Positions 1 to 14,939 of a DNA stretch of 64,000 nt are shown piece by piece. The notes under the pieces are model-generated. The model was given only the letters and a program-made list of their open reading frames with translations, was not told where the DNA came from and did no database searches. Source of the DNA: Escherichia coli. Lineage in GTDB: Bacteria; Pseudomonadota; Gammaproteobacteria; Enterobacterales; Enterobacteriaceae. Numbering within the stretch: position 1 is the first letter of the stretch; every line of letters starts with the position of its first letter. The stretch lies in assembly GCF_003334785.1 (NCBI RefSeq), contig NZ_QOWV01000010.1; one strand, given 5' to 3'. Position numbers and translations under genes: made by a program.

Positions 1-1561
1 GCTGGCGTGCCATCTGTTCGGTTTGCTGCATTAGCGCCAGTGAGCGGGTCAATTCGCCTTTGCAGTGCAGCACTTCACCCAGCACCGAGGTTGCCACAAT
101 GCGGCTATAGAACCAGCCCGGCGGCAGCTCTTCCAGTGCCAGTTTTGCCAGCCGTTCCGCTTCATCCGGATTACCATCGTTAATCGCCACCTGGGCGCGC
201 AGAGCGTTAAATTCTGCGTGCATGGTGTCTTCTCTGATGTCCTTGATTTCATGTTCAGCACGGGCTAGCAGGGTGTTAACTTCGCCGTAGCGATGTTGGC
301 TTTGCATCAGCCACGCCTGCAATAACACCAACTGCGGATTTTCCAGCAAGCTGTCCCACGGCAGGGCCTTAAGCGACTCTTCCAGCAGCGACAGTTCGCT
401 ATGGTTGAACAGACTCCAGGCGTGATTAAGCAGAATATCGCGCAGCATCAGCGCATCGCCTGCCGCCAGCGCATGATGAATCGCTTCGCTGGGAAATCCC
501 TGGGCCATCCAGCTTTCTGCGGCGGCACGGTGGATTTCCGGCAGCTCCGCCGCCAGTTCCCACTGGCAGCGCTGGCGCAGGAAGTTACCAAACAGCGGGT
601 GATAGCAGAACCACTCGCCGGTATCATCCATCCGCTGTAAAAACAGCCCCTGACGCTCAATCTCTTCGAGGCGCATTTGCCCGTTTTCTTCGCCGGTCAC
701 ACGGGTGATGAGGGCATCGTTCATTGAGCGCAAAATGGCGCTTTTCAACAGAAAATGGCGCGTTGCGAGATCGACGTTATCCAAAACCTCATCGACCAGA
801 TAATCCGAAAGATGGCTGGCATTGATTCCCGCCAGGCGGCGTGCCGACTTATGGGCTGAGTGGGTATTCTGCCGGGCGGAGAGGGCGATTAGCTGTAGTG
901 CCGTCGCCCAACCGGAAACGTCATCGCAAATCCGACTGCTTTCTGCGGCTTCAATCGGCGATGACAGACGGCAATCAAAAAACTGCTTCGCTTCCTGATG
1001 GGTAAATGCCAGTTGCTGACTGCCAATTTCCAGCAGTTGATCACGAACACGCAGATTGGCAATGCCCAGTTGCGGAAGGTTGCGTGACAACACCACCAGG
1101 GTGAGATTTTCTGGTTGATGGCGAATAAAGAAGCGCATTGACTCGTGGATCACTGGATTAGTGATCAGATGATAGTCATCGATGACCAGATAAAGTGGGC
1201 TATGCCATTCCGCCAGCTCAATGAAAAGCTGGGCGAAGAGTGACGTCAGGCTGGCATATTGCCGTTTTTGCGCCATCGTCTCACATATCGCACAGTGACC
1301 GTTGGTTGCCTGCTGCACGGCGGCAATGAGATAGCTGGCGAAACGCTCTTGCTGGTTATCACCTTCATCCAGCGAGTACCAGCCGATATCGTTTTTGCCT
1401 GCCGCCCACTGGGAAATGAGGGTGGTCTTTCCGTAGCCCGCAGGACTCGTGATCAGCGCCAGCCGGAAGTTGTTCGCGCCGGAAAGTTTAGCCAGCAGGC
1501 GCTCACGAACCACGGTATGGTCGAGTCGAACCGGACGACTTAGTTTTGACGGAATCAGCAT
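1..1561 (-). CDS. malT: MalT, maltose-regulon transcriptional activator; N-terminal part only (about 520 codons), 3' end lies beyond the window start
   Basis: Reverse-strand translation from ATG (complement 1559-1561) reads [23 protein letters not shown]...; no stop before window edge; divergent from malPQ. Confidence 0.9.
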
Positions 1562-1682
1562 AGTTAATCACTTCACTGTGGAAAATGAGGAAATATTATT
1601 TTTTTTGCGCTTCGTAATTAATGGTTATAAGGTCGGCCAGAAACCTTTCTAATGCAAGCGATGACGTTTTTTTATGTGTCTG

Positions 1683-1704
1683 AATTTGCACTGTGTCACA
1701 ATTC
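1683..1704 (-). promoter_or_regulatory. CRP-like site (TGTGA-N6-GCAAA) upstream of malT
   Basis: Reverse strand reads aaTTGTGAcacagtGCAAAttca about 125 bp upstream of the malT ATG; malT is known to be CRP-dependent. Confidence 0.4.
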
Positions 1705-2069
1705 CAAATCTTTATTAACAACTCACCTAAAACGACGCTGATCCAGCGTGAATACTGGTTTCCCTTATGTTCATCAGATTCATTTAAGCAAGGGTTTCTT
1801 CTTCATTCCTGATGAAAGTGCCATCTAAAAAGATGATCTTAATAAATCTATTAAGAATGAGATGGAGCACACTGGATATTTTACTTATGAAACTGTTTCA
1901 CTCCTTTACTTAATTTATAGAGTTACCTTCCGCTTTTTGAAAATACGCAACGGCCATTTTTTGCACTTAGATACAGATTTTCTGCGCTGTATTGCATTGA
2001 TTTGATGCTAATCCTGTGGTTTGCACTAGCTTTAAGTGGTTGAGATCACATTTCCTTGCTCATCCCCGC

Positions 2070-2105
2070 AACTCCTCCCTGCCTAATCCCCCGCAGGATG
2101 AGGAA
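2070..2105 (+). promoter_or_regulatory. malP promoter region with MalT-box-like motifs (GGAKGA and inverted TCCTCC)
   Basis: ctcctccc and ggatgagga motifs 70-100 bp upstream of the malP ATG. Confidence 0.4.
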
Positions 2106-2148
2106 GGTCAACATCGAGCCTGGCAAACTAGCGATAACGTTGTGTTGA

Positions 2149-4566
<2,418 letters not shown>

Positions 4567-4575
4567 GGAAGCTCG

Positions 4576-6660
4576 ATGGAAAGCAAACGTCTGGATAATG
4601 CCGCGCTGGCGGCGGGGATTAGCCCCAATTACATCAATGCCCACGGTAAACCGCAGTCGATTAGCGCCGAAACCAAACGGCGTTTGCTTGACGCGATGCA
4701 TCAACGTACCGCCACGAAAGTGGCGGTAACGCCAGTCCCGAATGTCATGGTTTATACCAGCGGCAAAAAAATGCCGATGGTGGTGGAGGGCAGCGGCGAA
4801 TATAGCTGGCTGCTGACCACCGAAGAAGGAACGCAGTACAAAGGCCATGTAACGGGGGGCAAAGCGTTCAATCTACCGACGAAGCTGCCGGAAGGTTATC
4901 ACACGCTGACACTCACCCAGGACGACCAGCGCGCGCATTGCCGGGTGATTGTCGCCCCGAAACGCTGTTACGAACCGCAGGCGTTGCTGAATAAACAAAA
5001 GCTGTGGGGTGCCTGCGTTCAGCTTTATACGCTGCGATCGGAAAAAAACTGGGGTATTGGGGATTTTGGCGATCTCAAAGCGATGCTGGTGGATGTGGCA
5101 AAACGTGGCGGGTCGTTCATTGGCCTGAACCCGATTCATGCGCTCTATCCGGCAAATCCGGAGAGCGCCAGCCCATACAGCCCGTCTTCTCGCCGTTGGC
5201 TGAATGTGATTTATATCGACGTTAACGCCGTTGAAGATTTCCATCTTAGCGAAGAGGCTCAGGCCTGGTGGCAGTTGCCGACCACGCAACAGACGCTGCA
5301 ACAGGCGCGCGATGCCGACTGGGTCGATTACTCCACGGTTACCGCCCTAAAAATGACAGCATTACGAATGGCGTGGAAAGGTTTCGCGCAACGTGATGAT
5401 GAGCAGATGGCCGCGTTTCGCCAGTTTGTTGCAGAGCAGGGCGACAGCCTGTTCTGGCAGGCAGCCTTTGATGCGCTACATGCCCAGCAAGTGAAAGAGG
5501 ACGAAATGCGCTGGGGCTGGCCTGCATGGCCAGAGATGTATCAGAACGTGGATTCACCAGAAGTGCGTCAGTTCTGCGAAGAACATCGTGATGACGTCGA
5601 TTTTTATCTCTGGTTGCAGTGGCTGGCTTACAGCCAGTTTGCCGCCTGCTGGGAGATAAGCCAGGGCTATGAAATGCCGATTGGCTTGTATCGTGATCTG
5701 GCGGTTGGCGTAGCGGAAGGTGGGGCGGAAACCTGGTGTGACCGTGAACTATATTGCCTGAAAGCATCGGTTGGCGCGCCGCCGGATATCCTCGGCCCGT
5801 TGGGGCAGAACTGGGGATTACCGCCAATGGACCCGCATATCATCACCGCGCGTGCCTATGAACCGTTTATCGAGCTGTTGCGTGCCAATATGCAAAACTG
5901 CGGCGCATTACGAATTGACCATGTGATGTCGATGCTGCGTTTGTGGTGGATACCGTATGGCGAGACGGCAGATCAGGGCGCGTATGTTCACTATCCGGTG
6001 GATGATCTGCTCTCGATTCTGGCACTCGAAAGTAAACGTCATCGCTGTATGGTGATTGGTGAAGATCTCGGTACCGTACCGGTAGAGATTGTCGGTAAGC
6101 TGCGCAGCAGCGGTGTGTACTCTTACAAAGTGCTCTATTTCGAAAACGACCACGAGAAGACGTTCCGTGCACCGAAAGCGTATCCGGAGCAGTCGATGGC
6201 GGTTGCGGCGACACATGACCTGCCAACGCTGCGCGGTTACTGGGAGAGCGGGGATCTAACGCTGGGCAAAACCCTGGGGCTGTATCCGGATGAAGTGGTA
6301 CTGCGCGGTCTGTATCAGGATCGCGAACTGGCGAAGCAAGGGCTGCTGGATGCACTGCATAAATATGGTTGTCTGCCGAAACGTGCCGGGCATAAGGCAT
6401 CGTTGATGTCGATGACGCCGACGCTGAACCGTGGTTTGCAGCGCTACATTGCCGACAGTAACAGTGCTCTGTTAGGACTACAGCCGGAAGACTGGCTGGA
6501 TATGGCCGAACCGGTGAATATTCCTGGCACCAGTTACCAGTATAAAAACTGGCGACGCAAGCTTTCCGCAACGCTTGAGTCGATGTTTGCCGATGATGGC
6601 GTGAACAAGTTGCTGAAGGATTTGGACAGACGGCGCAGAGCTGCAGCGAAGAAGAAGTAG
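4576..6660 (+). CDS. malQ: 4-alpha-glucanotransferase (amylomaltase)
   Basis: 694-aa ORF 9 bp downstream of malP; operon arrangement malPQ. Confidence 0.97.
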   Translation: MESKRLDNAALAAGISPNYINAHGKPQSISAETKRRLLDAMHQRTATKVAVTPVPNVMVYTSGKKMPMVVEGSGEYSWLLTTEEGTQYKGHVTGGKAFNLPTKLPEGYHTLTLTQDDQRAHCRVIVAPKRCYEPQALLNKQKLWGACVQLYTLRSEKNWGIGDFGDLKAMLVDVAKRGGSFIGLNPIHALYPANPESASPYSPSSRRWLNVIYIDVNAVEDFHLSEEAQAWWQLPTTQQTLQQARDADWVDYSTVTALKMTALRMAWKGFAQRDDEQMAAFRQFVAEQGDSLFWQAAFDALHAQQVKEDEMRWGWPAWPEMYQNVDSPEVRQFCEEHRDDVDFYLWLQWLAYSQFAACWEISQGYEMPIGLYRDLAVGVAEGGAETWCDRELYCLKASVGAPPDILGPLGQNWGLPPMDPHIITARAYEPFIELLRANMQNCGALRIDHVMSMLRLWWIPYGETADQGAYVHYPVDDLLSILALESKRHRCMVIGEDLGTVPVEIVGKLRSSGVYSYKVLYFENDHEKTFRAPKAYPEQSMAVAATHDLPTLRGYWESGDLTLGKTLGLYPDEVVLRGLYQDRELAKQGLLDALHKYGCLPKRAGHKASLMSMTPTLNRGLQRYIADSNSALLGLQPEDWLDMAEPVNIPGTSYQYKNWRRKLSATLESMFADDGVNKLLKDLDRRRRAAAKKK

Positions 6661-6669
6661 AGTGCGGTT

Positions 6670-6762
6670 GATGCCGGATGCGATGCTTGACGCGTCTTAT
6701 CCGGCCTACTAATTCATCCCGAATCGTAGGCCGGATAAGGCGGTCACGCCGCATCCGGCAGT
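6670..6762. repeat. BIME: two REP (palindromic unit) copies in inverted orientation
   Basis: gccggatgcgatgcttgacgcgtcttatccggcctac ... gtaggccggataaggcggtcacgccgcatccggc between convergent malQ and gntT. Confidence 0.8.
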
Positions 6763-6770
6763 CAGTGTTA

Positions 6771-8087
6771 TCAAATCACCATATTCAGCAGCAGACAGCC
6801 TACCAGACCGCACACCGAGATAATGGTTTCCAGCATCGACCAGGATTTGATGGTCTCGCCGATAGTCAGGTTAAAGTACTCTTTGAACAGCCAGAAGCCC
6901 GGATCGTTCACATGAGAGAAAATCACACTACCGGAACCAACCGCAATAACCATCAGCTCCGGGCTAACACCCGTCGTTGCAATCAGCGGTGCCGCGATAC
7001 CACCCGCAGTGATTGCCGCAACGGTTGCGGAACCCAGCGCGATACGCAGTACGGCAGCAATCGACCAGGCCATCAGCAGCGGAGAAATGTTGGTTTCGTG
7101 CATCATGGAAGCAATGTATTTGTCCACGCCGCTGTCTACCAGCACCTGCTTGAACGCACCGCCACCACCGATGATCAACAGCATCATCGCAATGATTTTG
7201 ATGGAAGAAACCAGCGTGTCGTTAATCTGATCCATTGAACGACCACGGTTTAGACCAAAGGTGAACATCGCAATCAGCACGGCAATCAGCGTTGCCATTA
7301 CCGGGTCACCGAGGAACTCCGCTACCGGCAGGAAAGCGTGACCTTTCGGCAGGATCATTTCGGCAATCGCACGCATCGCCATCAGTACTACCGGCACCAG
7401 AGAGGTCCAGACGCTGACGCCAAAGCTCGGCATCTCTTCTTCGCTGAAGGTTTTCGCGCTGTAGAGACCTTCCGGAATTGGCTTATCGATACCTTTCAAC
7501 ACGCGAGCGTAAACCGGACCGGCGAGAATCACGGTCGGGATTGCCAGAATAGTACCGTACAGCAGGGTTTTACCCATATCGGCATTGAAAATGGTGGCAA
7601 TCGCAGTCGGACCCGGATGCGGTGGCAGGAAGCCGTGGGTCACAGACAGTGCAGCCGCCATTGGTACACCAACATACAGCAGTGGAATATTCGCAGAAGC
7701 CGCGATGGTAAACACCAGCGGCAGCATCAGCACAAAGCCCACTTCATAGAACAGGGCAAAACCAACGGTAAAACCGGTCAGTACCACCGCCCACTGGATG
7801 TGTTTTTTACCAAATTTGGCAATCAGCGTGGTGGCGATACGTTGTGCGCCACCGCAGTCTGCCAGCATTTTGCCCAGCATTGCGCCAAAACCCATGATCA
7901 GGGCAAGGCTACCGAGCGTCCCGCCGACACCGGCTTTGATGGAGCCAATAACTTTATCCAGCGGCATTCCTTGCATTAATCCAACAGCAAGCGCCACGAG
8001 GACGAGAGCGATGAAGCCGTTCATTTTGAAGCGGATCATCAGGAGCAACAACAAGATTACACCGATAGCAACAATGACTAATGGCAT
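6771..8087 (-). CDS. gntT: High-affinity gluconate:H+ symporter (GntP family)
   Basis: 438-aa polytopic membrane ORF; sequence recognised as GntT. Confidence 0.95.
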   Translation of the reverse strand: MPLVIVAIGVILLLLLMIRFKMNGFIALVLVALAVGLMQGMPLDKVIGSIKAGVGGTLGSLALIMGFGAMLGKMLADCGGAQRIATTLIAKFGKKHIQWAVVLTGFTVGFALFYEVGFVLMLPLVFTIAASANIPLLYVGVPMAAALSVTHGFLPPHPGPTAIATIFNADMGKTLLYGTILAIPTVILAGPVYARVLKGIDKPIPEGLYSAKTFSEEEMPSFGVSVWTSLVPVVLMAMRAIAEMILPKGHAFLPVAEFLGDPVMATLIAVLIAMFTFGLNRGRSMDQINDTLVSSIKIIAMMLLIIGGGGAFKQVLVDSGVDKYIASMMHETNISPLLMAWSIAAVLRIALGSATVAAITAGGIAAPLIATTGVSPELMVIAVGSGSVIFSHVNDPGFWLFKEYFNLTIGETIKSWSMLETIISVCGLVGCLLLNMVI

Positions 8088-8239
8088 GATTTACCTGGCC
8101 TTTCATTTGTTATGGGTAACGTCAATTTTCTGACGACAAACTCTAATTATCCCAATCGGGAACAGAGATATTGCGGCACCACGACTGATACCCACTAAAA
8201 CTAATTATTGTAGTCAGATGTCAGGAGTATGTTTGGTAC

Positions 8240-8264
8240 CCATGTGAATGATACGGGTAACATC
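8240..8264 (-). promoter_or_regulatory. GntR-operator-like inverted repeat in gntT promoter
   Basis: Reverse strand reads ATGTTAcccgTATCATtcacat, resembling the ATGTTA-N4-TAACAT GntR operator. Confidence 0.4.
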
Positions 8265-8390
8265 TGGCGTTTGAGAATCACCAGAGCGGGGTAAATTTAA
8301 ATTATGAGAGGTTGGTCATATTATCGCGGGGAAACGAACCGAGGATTTGACAAAGCAATGCTGCGCCAACGTCTGGCACATGTTCAACGT

Positions 8391-8446
<56 letters not shown>

Positions 8447-9022
8447 TTAGTAGTAGGAGTGTTCGCCGCGCTGGTGTTCGGTGAGATCGCGCACACCTTT
8501 CAGCTCCGGGAATTCGTTCAGCAGCTGCTTCTCGATCCCTTCTTTCAGCGTCACATCGACCATGGAACAACCGTTACAGCCGCCGCCAAATTGCAGAATG
8601 GCGTAACCGTCTTCGGTGATTTCCATCAGCGAAACGCGACCACCGTGACCAGCAAGCTGTGGGTTGATCTGCGACTGCAGCATATACTCCACGCGCTCCA
8701 TCAGCGGTGCATCGTCTGCCACTTTACGCATTTTGGCGTTCGGGGCTTTCAGCGTTAACTGGGAACCCAACTGGTCGGTAACAAAATCGATCTCTGCATC
8801 TTCCAGGTATGGTGCGCTTAACTCATCAACATACGCGGTCAGCAGGTCAAATTTCAGGGCTGTGTCGGTGGCTTCCACAGCGTCCGGCGGACAATAAGAA
8901 ACGCCACATTCAGCGTTAGGCGTGCCAGGGTTAATCACAAATACGCGGATTTGTGTCCCTTCTTCCTGATTTGCCAGCAGTTTGGCAAAGTGCGCTTGTG
9001 CAGCATCGGAAATACGGATCAT
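8447..9022 (-). CDS. nfuA: Fe/S biogenesis protein NfuA
   Basis: 191-aa ORF; C-terminal Nfu domain with GGGCNGCS motif. Confidence 0.95.
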
Positions 9023-9080
9023 AGTAATGGCCTAATAGTTGACTATTTTAGTTGGTTATAATACGCCCATCATCGAGGCT

Positions 9081-10572
<1,492 letters not shown>

Positions 10573-10600
10573 GTGGCTTTTGAAATGGCGAGACAGAACT

Positions 10601-11479
10601 TTACTGACTCGCCGCAGCCAACTCTTCTTCTGACAGCCCGGTAAAGCGCATGATGTCTGCAAGAGGAACTCCGGATTCAAGCATTATTTTGGCTATATGC
10701 AGGGCTTTGGATTGTTCCCCCTCCTGCCGCAATCTTTCCGCAATAGTCATTAAACTCTCCTTGTGTTTCGGTGAACGTTCGGCAACGCCGTCGATAAAAT
10801 CGTTAAAACGTACAGCGTCGCCAGTTTGCAGTATGTAATTAAACAGCCCTTTGATTTGTCTGTCATTAGCGTATCCACTACTTAATAAGCAGGCCATTTG
10901 CTCTACCAGCCCCATCAGGTCGCGTTGACGAATATGTTTTTGAATTAACTCCAGCAGCGCCATACGTCGGTGCTGCATGATTTCATCATCAGGCATGACG
11001 GTGACATCAATCAGCGGAAATGCGGAGGCATAAAGCTGCCTTGCCAGTTTGGGATCGGCGAAACAATCCAGCCAACACAGCGAATAGGGATAGGGGCTTT
11101 CAATACCGTGGTAAAACAACAATGGCACCACCATCGGCAACGTTTTGTATCCAGCATCAAGGTGATTTTGCATTGCGGCAATAGCGTAACGCATCATGCG
11201 AAATGCGATCAGTTTGTTTGAGGTGCTTTGATGTTCAATCAGACAATAGATGTATCCTGGTCCTTGTTCCGTTTTCACCGACCACAGCACATCGGAATAG
11301 CTTTCACGCAGATCGTCATCAATAAAGCTGCTCGACTCCAGCTTGAGGGTTTTCATATCACAAAGCGCGTGAATGGGTGCCGGTAAATGAAACGCAAGAA
11401 AATCACGAGCCGTGTCCGGTTGGCGTAAAAAGAGTTTGAACAGCGCATCGTGTGGGGTGGAACTCTGCTTTTTGCTCAT
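10601..11479 (-). CDS. rpnA: Rpn-family recombination-promoting nuclease (transposase_31 / PD-(D/E)XK-like), YhgA
   Basis: 292-aa ORF recognised as YhgA/RpnA; convergent with bioH. Confidence 0.85.
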   Translation of the reverse strand: MSKKQSSTPHDALFKLFLRQPDTARDFLAFHLPAPIHALCDMKTLKLESSSFIDDDLRESYSDVLWSVKTEQGPGYIYCLIEHQSTSNKLIAFRMMRYAIAAMQNHLDAGYKTLPMVVPLLFYHGIESPYPYSLCWLDCFADPKLARQLYASAFPLIDVTVMPDDEIMQHRRMALLELIQKHIRQRDLMGLVEQMACLLSSGYANDRQIKGLFNYILQTGDAVRFNDFIDGVAERSPKHKESLMTIAERLRQEGEQSKALHIAKIMLESGVPLADIMRFTGLSEEELAAASQ

Positions 11480-11621
11480 GGCGTTCCTTCACCTGTTGTT
11501 TGAATGCCGCGACTCTACGCGCCACTCCACACCTGTGTATTAGCGAGTTTTCATCCCTGCGAGATGCTTTCAAAGGAACTTACGCCGTGCTGCAAGAGTT
11601 GCATTTTTATGGAAAGCCGCA

Positions 11622-11658
11622 CGCAAAAAAGCCCGGATGCAGACGCATACCGGGCTTT
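11622..11658 (-). terminator. Rho-independent terminator downstream of feoC
   Basis: Stem aagcccgg...ccgggctt followed on the reverse strand by a T6 run. Confidence 0.7.
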
Positions 11659-11681
11659 CCAAAACAGGCGATGGAGTAAGG

Positions 11682-11918
11682 TTAACGCAGCGCCCACCAC
11701 TCGCGCAGACAGGCTTTTCCTTCCGGGCAGCTTTTACAACTGCCAGAGAGGCAGCCGTCAGGTTCTTCCTGAATCCGCACGGCTTTGCCCATACTTTCCA
11801 GTTGTTGCAGCATGGCGTTAATCATTGGCTGTGGAGTGTTCAATGTCTGGCTTATCTGGGCCGCTTCCATACGGCCCCGTAACGCCAGCAAATCGCGCAC
11901 CTGAATAAGTGAAGCCAT
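11682..11918 (-). CDS. feoC: FeoC, ferrous iron transport regulator-like protein (winged helix, 4-Cys)
   Basis: Conserved start [11 protein letters not shown] (78 aa); ATG overlaps feoB stop (ATGGC/TAA). Confidence 0.9.
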   Translation of the reverse strand: MASLIQVRDLLALRGRMEAAQISQTLNTPQPMINAMLQQLESMGKAVRIQEEPDGCLSGSCKSCPEGKACLREWWALR

Positions 11919-14239
11919 TAATGGCAATCACCGGTGGTGCTGGCTGCGCAGCAACTGCTTACCGACTTGCGGGTTGCCAGCAGTTCGATATCCACCCGGC
12001 TACGCGCGCGGCGCAGCAGACCGATAACCACGATGTTAAACAGGATAACCGCCAGAATGCACACCAGGCTGTAAGTTGGATGCTGACTGTAGCTGGCGAC
12101 CTGATAGAACAATGTTGCCAGTGAGTAAGCGATATTCAGCCCCCACAGGATGGAGAAGCCCATCCAGCCACGGCTTGATTCACGGGCGATAGCCCCCATC
12201 ACCGAGATACATGGTACATACAGCAGGACGAAAATCAGGTAGCTGTAAGCTGCTGCTGCGCTACCGAATTTCTGATCCATCACGCCCATCGCCCCGGTAC
12301 CCATTTCGCCGTCGCCTTTGCTGGCTTCAATGGGGTTCATCAGTACGCTAAGGCTGAAGGTGTCTTTCAGGCTCTGCCAGGTTTCATCTATCGCACTGAA
12401 CAGCTCTTCACCGAGGTTAAATTCTGCCGGATTGAACTCTTCGTCCTGAATATTTTCTGCGGTGTAGAGGGTGTTGAGCGTACCCACTACCACTTCTTTC
12501 GCCATGGCACCTGTAAACAGGCCAACCGTTGCCTGCCAGTTATCTTCATGCACGCCAATTGGCTTGAAGACCGGGGTGATCACCCGGCTGACGGACGCCA
12601 GCGCCGAGTCGTTGATGTTATCGACGATTTTCCCGCTCAGCGAGAAGCTGTTGAAAGCGCTCAGGAAAATGCTGACGATGATGATCACTTTACCAGCACG
12701 CAGAACGAAGCCTTTCAGACGCTGCCAGGTCTGGATAATCAGGCTTTTAACGTGTGGTACATGATAGACCGGCAACTCCATGACAAACGGCGTCGCTTCA
12801 CCGCGCATGATGGTGTACTTGAGCATCAGGCCAGTCAGCACCGCCATCACAATACCCAGCATATACAGCGAGAAGACCGCCAGCGCACCGTTCTGCCCGA
12901 AGAAGGCAGCCGCGAATACTGCGAAGATAGCCAGACGCGCGCCGCAGGACATAAACGGTGCCATCATGATGGTCATCAGACGTTCACGCGGTGCATCAAG
13001 CGTACGTGCACCCATTACCGACGGTACGTTACAACCGAAACCGACGATCAGCGGCACAAAGGATTTCCCCGGCAAGCCCAGCGCCTGCATCAGACGGTCC
13101 ATCACAAACGCCGCACGCGCCATATACCCGGAGTCCTCAAGGAAGGAGAGGAACAGGTACATCATGCCAATCTGCGGCACCAGTGGCAGCACGGTGTTAA
13201 TGCCGCCACCCAGGCCCTGGGCGAGGAAGATAGTCAGCCAGTCCGGGAAGTGGAGCGTGTAGCCAATCCATTGAATACCATGCACAAATAGCGCCACGGA
13301 GCCGACGTCAAACAGCGGCTGTAACGCCCCGCCGATGTTGATAGCCAGCAGGAACATCAGGTACATCACAAAGAGGAAAATCGGCAGACCGAGGAAACGG
13401 TTGAGCACGATTTTATCTACCGCAGTGGTGAAACGGCTGGGTTCTGCCGTCAGGGTGTTGCTTACCACATCACAGATGGCAGCAATGCACTGGTAACGCG
13501 CATCGGCAATGTGCAGCGCCGGATCGTCCATCTCATTACGCAGACGGGCGAGGGCGGCATCCAGATGCTGCGACGCTTCACCGGCGTAGGCGCGGCTGTA
13601 GATATCGCCTTCCAGCATTTGCAGGCCCAGCCAGCGACGTTGTTTCAGCGGGATGTCGGAAGGCATCACTTTTGCCAGTGAATCTGCTTCGTTGAGCAGC
13701 GGCTGTGCGTAATGCACCAGTTCCACATTCTCGTTAGCTTTATAGCGATCAATCGCCAGCTTGAGCGCTTCAATACCGCGACCACGGGTTGAAACCAGCG
13801 GGATCACCGGACAGCCCAGACGCGCCGACAGAGCATCAATTTCAATACGAATATTTTGCTTCTCGGCAATGTCGAGCATGTTCAGTGCCACAATGCAGGG
13901 AATGCCGAGTTCCAGCAGTTGTAGCGTCAGGTACAGGTTACGCTCAAGGTTAGACGCATCCACCACGTTAATCAGCAGGTCGGCGTCGCCACTCAAAATG
14001 TAGTGACAGGCGATTTGCTCATCGAGCGAGGTCTGCGATGAGATGGTGGTCAGAGAATAGGTGCCGGGCAGGTCCACCAGCGTGACCTGATGATCGGTGG
14101 TGGAGAATTGCCCTTCTTTACGTTCGACGGTAACGCCAGCCCAGTTACCTACACGCTGACGTGAGCCAGTGAGCTGGTTAAATAACGTTGTCTTGCCAGA
14201 ATTTGGATTACCAATTAAGCCAATGGTTAATTTTTTCAT
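11918..14239 (-). CDS. feoB: Ferrous iron transporter FeoB (N-terminal GTPase plus membrane domain)
   Basis: Longest ORF 777 aa; conserved start [21 protein letters not shown] (G1 motif) gives 773 aa. Confidence 0.95.
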   Translation of the reverse strand: MKKLTIGLIGNPNSGKTTLFNQLTGSRQRVGNWAGVTVERKEGQFSTTDHQVTLVDLPGTYSLTTISSQTSLDEQIACHYILSGDADLLINVVDASNLERNLYLTLQLLELGIPCIVALNMLDIAEKQNIRIEIDALSARLGCPVIPLVSTRGRGIEALKLAIDRYKANENVELVHYAQPLLNEADSLAKVMPSDIPLKQRRWLGLQMLEGDIYSRAYAGEASQHLDAALARLRNEMDDPALHIADARYQCIAAICDVVSNTLTAEPSRFTTAVDKIVLNRFLGLPIFLFVMYLMFLLAINIGGALQPLFDVGSVALFVHGIQWIGYTLHFPDWLTIFLAQGLGGGINTVLPLVPQIGMMYLFLSFLEDSGYMARAAFVMDRLMQALGLPGKSFVPLIVGFGCNVPSVMGARTLDAPRERLMTIMMAPFMSCGARLAIFAVFAAAFFGQNGALAVFSLYMLGIVMAVLTGLMLKYTIMRGEATPFVMELPVYHVPHVKSLIIQTWQRLKGFVLRAGKVIIIVSIFLSAFNSFSLSGKIVDNINDSALASVSRVITPVFKPIGVHEDNWQATVGLFTGAMAKEVVVGTLNTLYTAENIQDEEFNPAEFNLGEELFSAIDETWQSLKDTFSLSVLMNPIEASKGDGEMGTGAMGVMDQKFGSAAAAYSYLIFVLLYVPCISVMGAIARESSRGWMGFSILWGLNIAYSLATLFYQVASYSQHPTYSLVCILAVILFNIVVIGLLRRARSRVDIELLATRKSVSSCCAASTTGDCH

Positions 14240-14255
14240 TGTTGTTATCACCGTA

Positions 14256-14483
14256 TTAACAGGAAACCGCTTCCACTTCTAATAAGGCCAGATCTTTTTT
14301 GCGTAATACCAGGCTCACACGACGGGTTTCGATATGAATGGGGTCGCCGAGTGGAGCGACGCGCACCACATTAAAAGAGGAGCCAGGTAACATGCCAAGA
14401 GAAAGCAGTTTTTGGCGATATGCCGGGCTGATTTCACGGGAAAAGCCAGTGATTTTCCACGCAGTATCTGGAGTGTATTGCAT
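14256..14483 (-). CDS. feoA: FeoA
   Basis: 75-aa ORF immediately upstream of feoB. Confidence 0.95.
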   Translation of the reverse strand: MQYTPDTAWKITGFSREISPAYRQKLLSLGMLPGSSFNVVRVAPLGDPIHIETRRVSLVLRKKDLALLEVEAVSC

Positions 14484-14589
14484 AGGTGCCTACTTGTTTC
14501 TCATTAACTGGATAACTACCTCATGGGGCGTTTGACAGCGACATGAGACCAGATGATTTGCCAACAAAGGAGAGATTAAATAATCAACA

Positions 14590-14690
14590 ACACAATGATA
14601 ATGAGAATGGTTTCTATCAGCAATACTTAAAATGTGTGCGAATGTTGGTTTGAATAATAATCTGACTCAATGTTGATGTGGCTCAAGGTT
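14590..14690 (-). promoter_or_regulatory. feoABC promoter region with Fur-box-like (aatgataatgagaat; tgaataataatc) and FNR-like (TTGATgtggCTCAA) motifs
   Basis: AT-rich region 110-200 bp upstream of feoA; feo is known to be Fur-repressed and FNR-activated; exact site not resolved. Confidence 0.35.
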
Positions 14691-14814
14691 ATATCGCAGC
14701 GAAAATATAATTCGAATAGTGAATTACCCGGACTGGCTAATGTTTAATTAAGGTTTCAGTTGTTAATGAAATGATAAATATTGCCGGAATATATTATGAG
14801 TTTGGCTGTGGAAT

Positions 14815-14846
14815 AAAAATGCCGGAGATATTCTCCGGCACTTTTA
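14815..14846 (-). terminator. Rho-independent terminator downstream of tex
   Basis: gccggagatattctccggc hairpin flanked by T runs on both strands. Confidence 0.65.
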
Positions 14847-14865
14847 TGTCAGGCAAGGCGTTCGT

Positions 14866-14937
14866 TGCCAGATGCGGCGTGAACGCCTTATCTGCCCTAC
14901 GATTTCGTGCAAATTCGAACCGTAGGCCAGTACGGGC
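14866..14937. repeat. Degenerate REP-like palindromic element(s)
   Basis: gccagatgcggcgtgaacgccttatctgccctac ... gtaggccagtacgggcg. Confidence 0.5.
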
Positions 14938-14939
14938 GT

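Noticed and set aside
5867-6754. 295-aa reverse ORF opposite malQ extending into the REP region
   Set aside because: Antisense to malQ; its extension across REP palindromes is an artefact of stop-free GC-rich sequence.
12548-13291. 247-aa forward ORF opposite feoB
   Set aside because: Antisense shadow ORF; feoB membrane-domain coding region.
14594-14608. Second Fur-box-like motif aatgataatgagaat upstream of feoA
   Set aside because: Cannot distinguish it from other Fur-like AT-rich matches nearby without TSS data; folded into the broader feo promoter feature.
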